This document shows, piece by piece, positions 60,467 to 64,000 of a stretch of DNA of 64,000 nt (within the stretch, counting starts at the first letter, position 1; the number at the start of each line of letters is the position of its first letter). The DNA is taken from the NCBI GenBank assembly GCA_963704725.1, contig OY969934.1:3200001-3264000 (forward strand), read 5' to 3'. The notes below the pieces were generated by a model. It saw only the letters and a list, made by a program, of their open reading frames with translations. It was not told the origin of the DNA and did no database searches. The position numbers and the translations under genes were made by a program. The stretch is from an uncultured Actinomycetes bacterium. GTDB lineage: Bacteria; Actinomycetota; UBA4738; HRBIN12.

Positions 60467-60731
60467 GTGTTCGTCATGATCCTGATCCTGCTGCTGGTCG
60501 CCGCGGCGGCCGGGAGTCCTGGGGGCCGTTCTGAAGGTCGCCCTGGTCGTGATCCTCTCGCTGATCCTGTCGGTCGTGGTCCTCACGTGGATCGGCATCT
60601 GGTACGCCAAACGCCGCATCCGCGAGTTCCAGCGGGACGTGGAGGTCCGGATCGACCAGGCCCGCCGCCGACGGGAGGCCTACGACGTCGGTCGGGACCC
60701 GGGCGAGAGCCCCCTCCCCGGCGGCCGCTGA
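60467..60731 (+). pseudogene. Small membrane protein split by a +1 frameshift near 60513
   Basis: Removing one G from GGGA joins MFVMILILLLVAAAAG to VLGAVLKVALVVILSL... Confidence 0.6.
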
Positions 60732-60744
60732 CCGCCACCGTACC

Positions 60745-61494
60745 GTGCCGGCGCGATCTCGGATCCCGAGCCCGACCGACCGCGCGGCCGCCGTCCTGAA
60801 GGCTCTCCGCCGGATCGCCGACCCGGCGCGACTCGAAGGCATGGCCCGCTACGGCATCGCGACCGACCGGGCCCTCGGCGTCACCGTGACCCAGCTGCGC
60901 GAGGTGGCCCGCAAGCTGGGCCGCGACCACGAGCTCGCCGGCGCGCTGTGGCGAACGGGGATCCACGAGGCCCGGATCCTCGCCACCTTGGTGGACGACC
61001 CCGCCAGGGTCACGGAGAAGCAGATGGAGTCCTGGGTGCGCGTCGTGGACTCGTGGGACCTGTGCGACGGGATGTGCGGCAACCTGTTCGACCGGACGCC
61101 GTTCGCACTGGACAAGGCCGCCGAGTGGAGCGCCCGCGAGCCCGAGTTCACCAAACGCGCCGGGTTCGCCCTCATGGCCTGGACCGCCGTGCACCGCAAG
61201 GACCTCGGGGACGAGCAGCTCGAGCGCTTCCTGCCCATGATCCAGGCCCAGGCCGCCGACGACCGGACCTACGTCCGCAAGGCCGTCAACTGGGCCCTCC
61301 GCCAGATCGGGAAGCGGAGCCCGCGTCTGCACCGCCGCGCCGTCGCGACCGCCCGCCGCATCGCGAAGATCGACGCCCGGTCCGCGCGATGGATCGCCTC
61401 CGACGCGCTGCGCGAGCTCGAGAGCGAAGCGGTGCAGGAGCGTCTCGCGCGCATCGCGAGCTCTGGCTCCGCCGCCGTCGGACCCCGCCGCTGA
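60745..61494 (+). CDS. AlkD-like DNA alkylation repair protein
   Basis: GMARYGI, LW..GIHEAR, SWDLCD, DDR.YVRKAVNWALRQIGKR. Confidence 0.9.
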   Translation: MPARSRIPSPTDRAAAVLKALRRIADPARLEGMARYGIATDRALGVTVTQLREVARKLGRDHELAGALWRTGIHEARILATLVDDPARVTEKQMESWVRVVDSWDLCDGMCGNLFDRTPFALDKAAEWSAREPEFTKRAGFALMAWTAVHRKDLGDEQLERFLPMIQAQAADDRTYVRKAVNWALRQIGKRSPRLHRRAVATARRIAKIDARSARWIASDALRELESEAVQERLARIASSGSAAVGPRR

Positions 61495-61501
61495 ACACAC
61501 G

Positions 61502-61534
61502 CGGCGGGGGGCTCCGACCCGGAGCCCCCCGCCG
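61502..61534. terminator. Probable bidirectional terminator hairpin
   Basis: CGGCGGGGGGCTCCG-acc-CGGAGCCCCCCGCCG between convergent genes. Confidence 0.8.
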
Positions 61535-61564
61535 TCGAGCGATGCGTTCGCGAACCCGCCGGGC

Positions 61565-63889
61565 CTACCCGTCCTCGCGGGCCGGAACCGCCTCGGGTTC
61601 CACGTGACCGTTCCCGCTCGCGGCCGCCGGCTGGAGCTCGGGGATGAGGACGTGCTCCTCGCGCGTCGGCTCGTGGCCCTCGACGTTGATCTGCGGGAGC
61701 CACTGGAGCCACTTGGGCAGGTACCAGTTCCAGTCGCCCAGCAGGCGCATGCCGGCGGGCACCAGCAGCGTCCGGACGATCGTGGCGTCCATGAACACCG
61801 CCACCGCCAGCCCGAAGCCCATCTGCTGCAGCGGTCCGAGCCGTCCCGCGGCGAACCCGGTGAACACCGCGACCATGATGAGCGCGGCCCCGGTGATGAT
61901 CCCCGCCGTCGTTCGCAGGCCGTACGCCACGGCCTCGGTGTTGTCGTGCGTCTTGTCGTACTCCTCCCGGATCCGCGAGAGCAGGAACACGTGGTAGTCC
62001 ATCGAGAGCCCGAACAGCACCGAGAACAGGAACAGCGGCAGCCAGGCCTCGATCGACTCCGTCTTGCGGAACTGGAACTGCAGGATGTCGTTGAAGATGA
62101 ACAGGCCGAAGCCCTTCTGGAACACGAGGGTGACGGCGCCGTACGCCGCGCCCACGGACAGCAGGTTCATCAGGATCGCCTTCACCGGCAGGACGATCGA
62201 GCGGAACACCACCGTGAGCAGGATGAACGACAGGCCGAGCACGAACACGAACACGATCCACTGGTACTGGTCGGCCACGTCCAGGAAGTCGGTGAAGAAC
62301 GCGGTGTTCCCGCCGACCAGCACCTCGACCCCGTTCACGCCCGCGAAGGCCTGCGGGACGAACGTGTCCCGGATGTCCCGGATGCCCTGGAACGCGGCGT
62401 CGTTCGAGGAGTCGGGCCCCGCGAAGAACGCCTGGACCTGGATCGTCGTGCCGTCGTCGCTGGGAACGACGTTCGTCTGCTGCGCGAACGTCGGGTCGGC
62501 GGTGATCTCCTGCTGCAGTCGGGCGATGGCGTCCTGAACCGCGGACGACTGCACGTCGCCCGTGATCACGATCTTCGCCGGGTCGGTCAGGTTCCCGGCG
62601 AACTCACGCTGGAGCGTCAGGAACGCCGCCTTGGACTCGAACTCGTCGGGGAGCTGGCTCACGTTCTGCGAGGTCCCCCGGTTCAGCTGGAAGTAGAAGG
62701 AGCCGAGGACGCCCAGCACCAACACGCTCGCGGTGAGGAAGACCCACGGACGGGCCATGACCCCACGGGTCAGGCGGTCCCAGAAGCCGCCCCTGGGGTC
62801 GTGCTCGGAGTCCATCCGGGCCCGCCTGGACAGGCGGGGCCAGTTGATGCGGTCCCCGAACAACGCGAGCAGCGCGGGGAGCAGCGTCATCGACGCCGCG
62901 AGCGAGGCGATCGTGACCAGGATCGCGCCGCCGGCGAGCGCTCGGAAGATCGTCGTGGGGATGATGAGCATGCCGGCGAGGGCCAGGACGACCGTCAGGC
63001 CGCTGAAGAAGACCGCGCGGTTGGCCGTCGCGCCGGCCGCGCCGATCGCGTCGAGCTTGGCGAATCCCTTCTTCCGCTCCTCGCGATAGCGGGACACGAT
63101 GAACAGCGAGTAGTCGATGCCGACCGCCAGGCCGATCATCGTCACCATGTTCTCGACGAACAGGTTGAAGTTGAACAGCTGCCCGATCAGCGCCACGAGG
63201 CCGAGCGCGACGAAGATCGCGAAGATGGCCATGACGATCGGGACCACGGCGGCGACCACCGCGGCGAACACGACGATCAGGACGAGCAGGGCGATGCCGA
63301 TCCCGATCGACTCGCTCTGCTGGAGGTCCTCCTCGGCGATCTTGGTGAAGTCCGCCTGGAGCGCGCCCTGTCCGGCGACCTCGACGGTGAAGCCCTCGGC
63401 CTGCGACTCGGTCGCGATCGTGCGGAGGCGCTCGATCGTGGTGTCCTCGGCGTCGGTCAGGTCGACGGGGATGAGGGTGTAGCTCTTGTCCTGCGACACG
63501 AGCCCGGGCGCCTGGTCCGGCGCCTGCTCGAGGAGGTCGTAGTAGGTGACGGGCGGGTCGGCGAGGAGACCGCCGTCGATGGCCGCCACCCGCTGCTGCA
63601 CCTGGGTCACGAACGTCTGGTACTCGGGATCGTCCACCGTGGCCGAGTCCGAGTGGATGATGAAGAACTCGGTGTCGGCCGACCGCGTGGTCCCGTACTT
63701 GGCGTCGAGCACGTCCTGGGCCTGGACCGACTCGGGGCTGTTCGTGAACGCGATGTCCTGGGTCAGTACGTCCGCCAGGAGGCTGCTCGTGACGGCCCCC
63801 ATGGCCACGATCAGGACGAGCCAGATGCCGAGCGTCCGCCAGGGGTGACGGCTGCTGGCGCGGGCCAGGGTCTCGGGATTCAACTTCAT
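61565..63889 (-). CDS. MMPL family (RND-like) transporter
   Basis: GLAVGIDYSLF..RYREE, FGLSMDYHVFL.SRIRE, DATIVR..LVPA, NWYLP. Confidence 0.93.
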   Translation of the reverse strand: MKLNPETLARASSRHPWRTLGIWLVLIVAMGAVTSSLLADVLTQDIAFTNSPESVQAQDVLDAKYGTTRSADTEFFIIHSDSATVDDPEYQTFVTQVQQRVAAIDGGLLADPPVTYYDLLEQAPDQAPGLVSQDKSYTLIPVDLTDAEDTTIERLRTIATESQAEGFTVEVAGQGALQADFTKIAEEDLQQSESIGIGIALLVLIVVFAAVVAAVVPIVMAIFAIFVALGLVALIGQLFNFNLFVENMVTMIGLAVGIDYSLFIVSRYREERKKGFAKLDAIGAAGATANRAVFFSGLTVVLALAGMLIIPTTIFRALAGGAILVTIASLAASMTLLPALLALFGDRINWPRLSRRARMDSEHDPRGGFWDRLTRGVMARPWVFLTASVLVLGVLGSFYFQLNRGTSQNVSQLPDEFESKAAFLTLQREFAGNLTDPAKIVITGDVQSSAVQDAIARLQQEITADPTFAQQTNVVPSDDGTTIQVQAFFAGPDSSNDAAFQGIRDIRDTFVPQAFAGVNGVEVLVGGNTAFFTDFLDVADQYQWIVFVFVLGLSFILLTVVFRSIVLPVKAILMNLLSVGAAYGAVTLVFQKGFGLFIFNDILQFQFRKTESIEAWLPLFLFSVLFGLSMDYHVFLLSRIREEYDKTHDNTEAVAYGLRTTAGIITGAALIMVAVFTGFAAGRLGPLQQMGFGLAVAVFMDATIVRTLLVPAGMRLLGDWNWYLPKWLQWLPQINVEGHEPTREEHVLIPELQPAAASGNGHVEPEAVPAREDG

Positions 63890-63946
63890 GAACCACCCCC
63901 ACCTCTCGGGCCCGGGTACTTCCCCGGGCGGCACTTACGCCATATG

Positions 63947-63990
63947 CTTACAATGTGAGTGAAGTATAGGCGTACGTTGTAAGGTGTCAA
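63947..63990 (-). promoter_or_regulatory. MMPL promoter with two operator-like boxes
   Basis: Minus strand TTGACA-N16-TATACT; boxes CTTACAATGTGAG (63947-63959) and CGTACGTTGTAAG (63971-63983). Confidence 0.72.
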
Positions 63991-64000
63991 CCCACGGAGC

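Overview
Core chromosomal segment of a very GC-rich actinobacterium with about 60 genes. I saw no rRNA, tRNA, CRISPR array, transposase or phage genes. The left end holds a branched-chain amino acid operon (unknown ORF-ilvB-ilvN-ilvC-leuA-leuB-cimA) under a classical Val/Leu/Ile leader-peptide attenuator, plus ilvD-thrC. Across about 16-59 kb lies a dispersed set of amine/polyamine-type catabolic genes: Pot-type ABC transporter, flavin amine oxidase, aldehyde dehydrogenase, two DAO-family oxidases, two phytoene-desaturase-like oxidoreductases, two ADP-forming acyl-CoA ligases, acyl-CoA dehydrogenase, an atypical crotonase and an amidase. The main hidden signal is a 16-bp palindrome (YTGAACGNNCGTTCAR) seen eight times at the 5' ends of most of these units and of a BetI-type TetR gene, which suggests an uncharacterised regulon. 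Other observations: chained TGATG mini-ORFs linking operon genes, a PASTA pseudokinase, a secreted dirigent/allene-oxide-cyclase-like protein, and several single-base frameshifts that may be sequencing errors. All family calls come from motif recognition by eye; no database searches were run.
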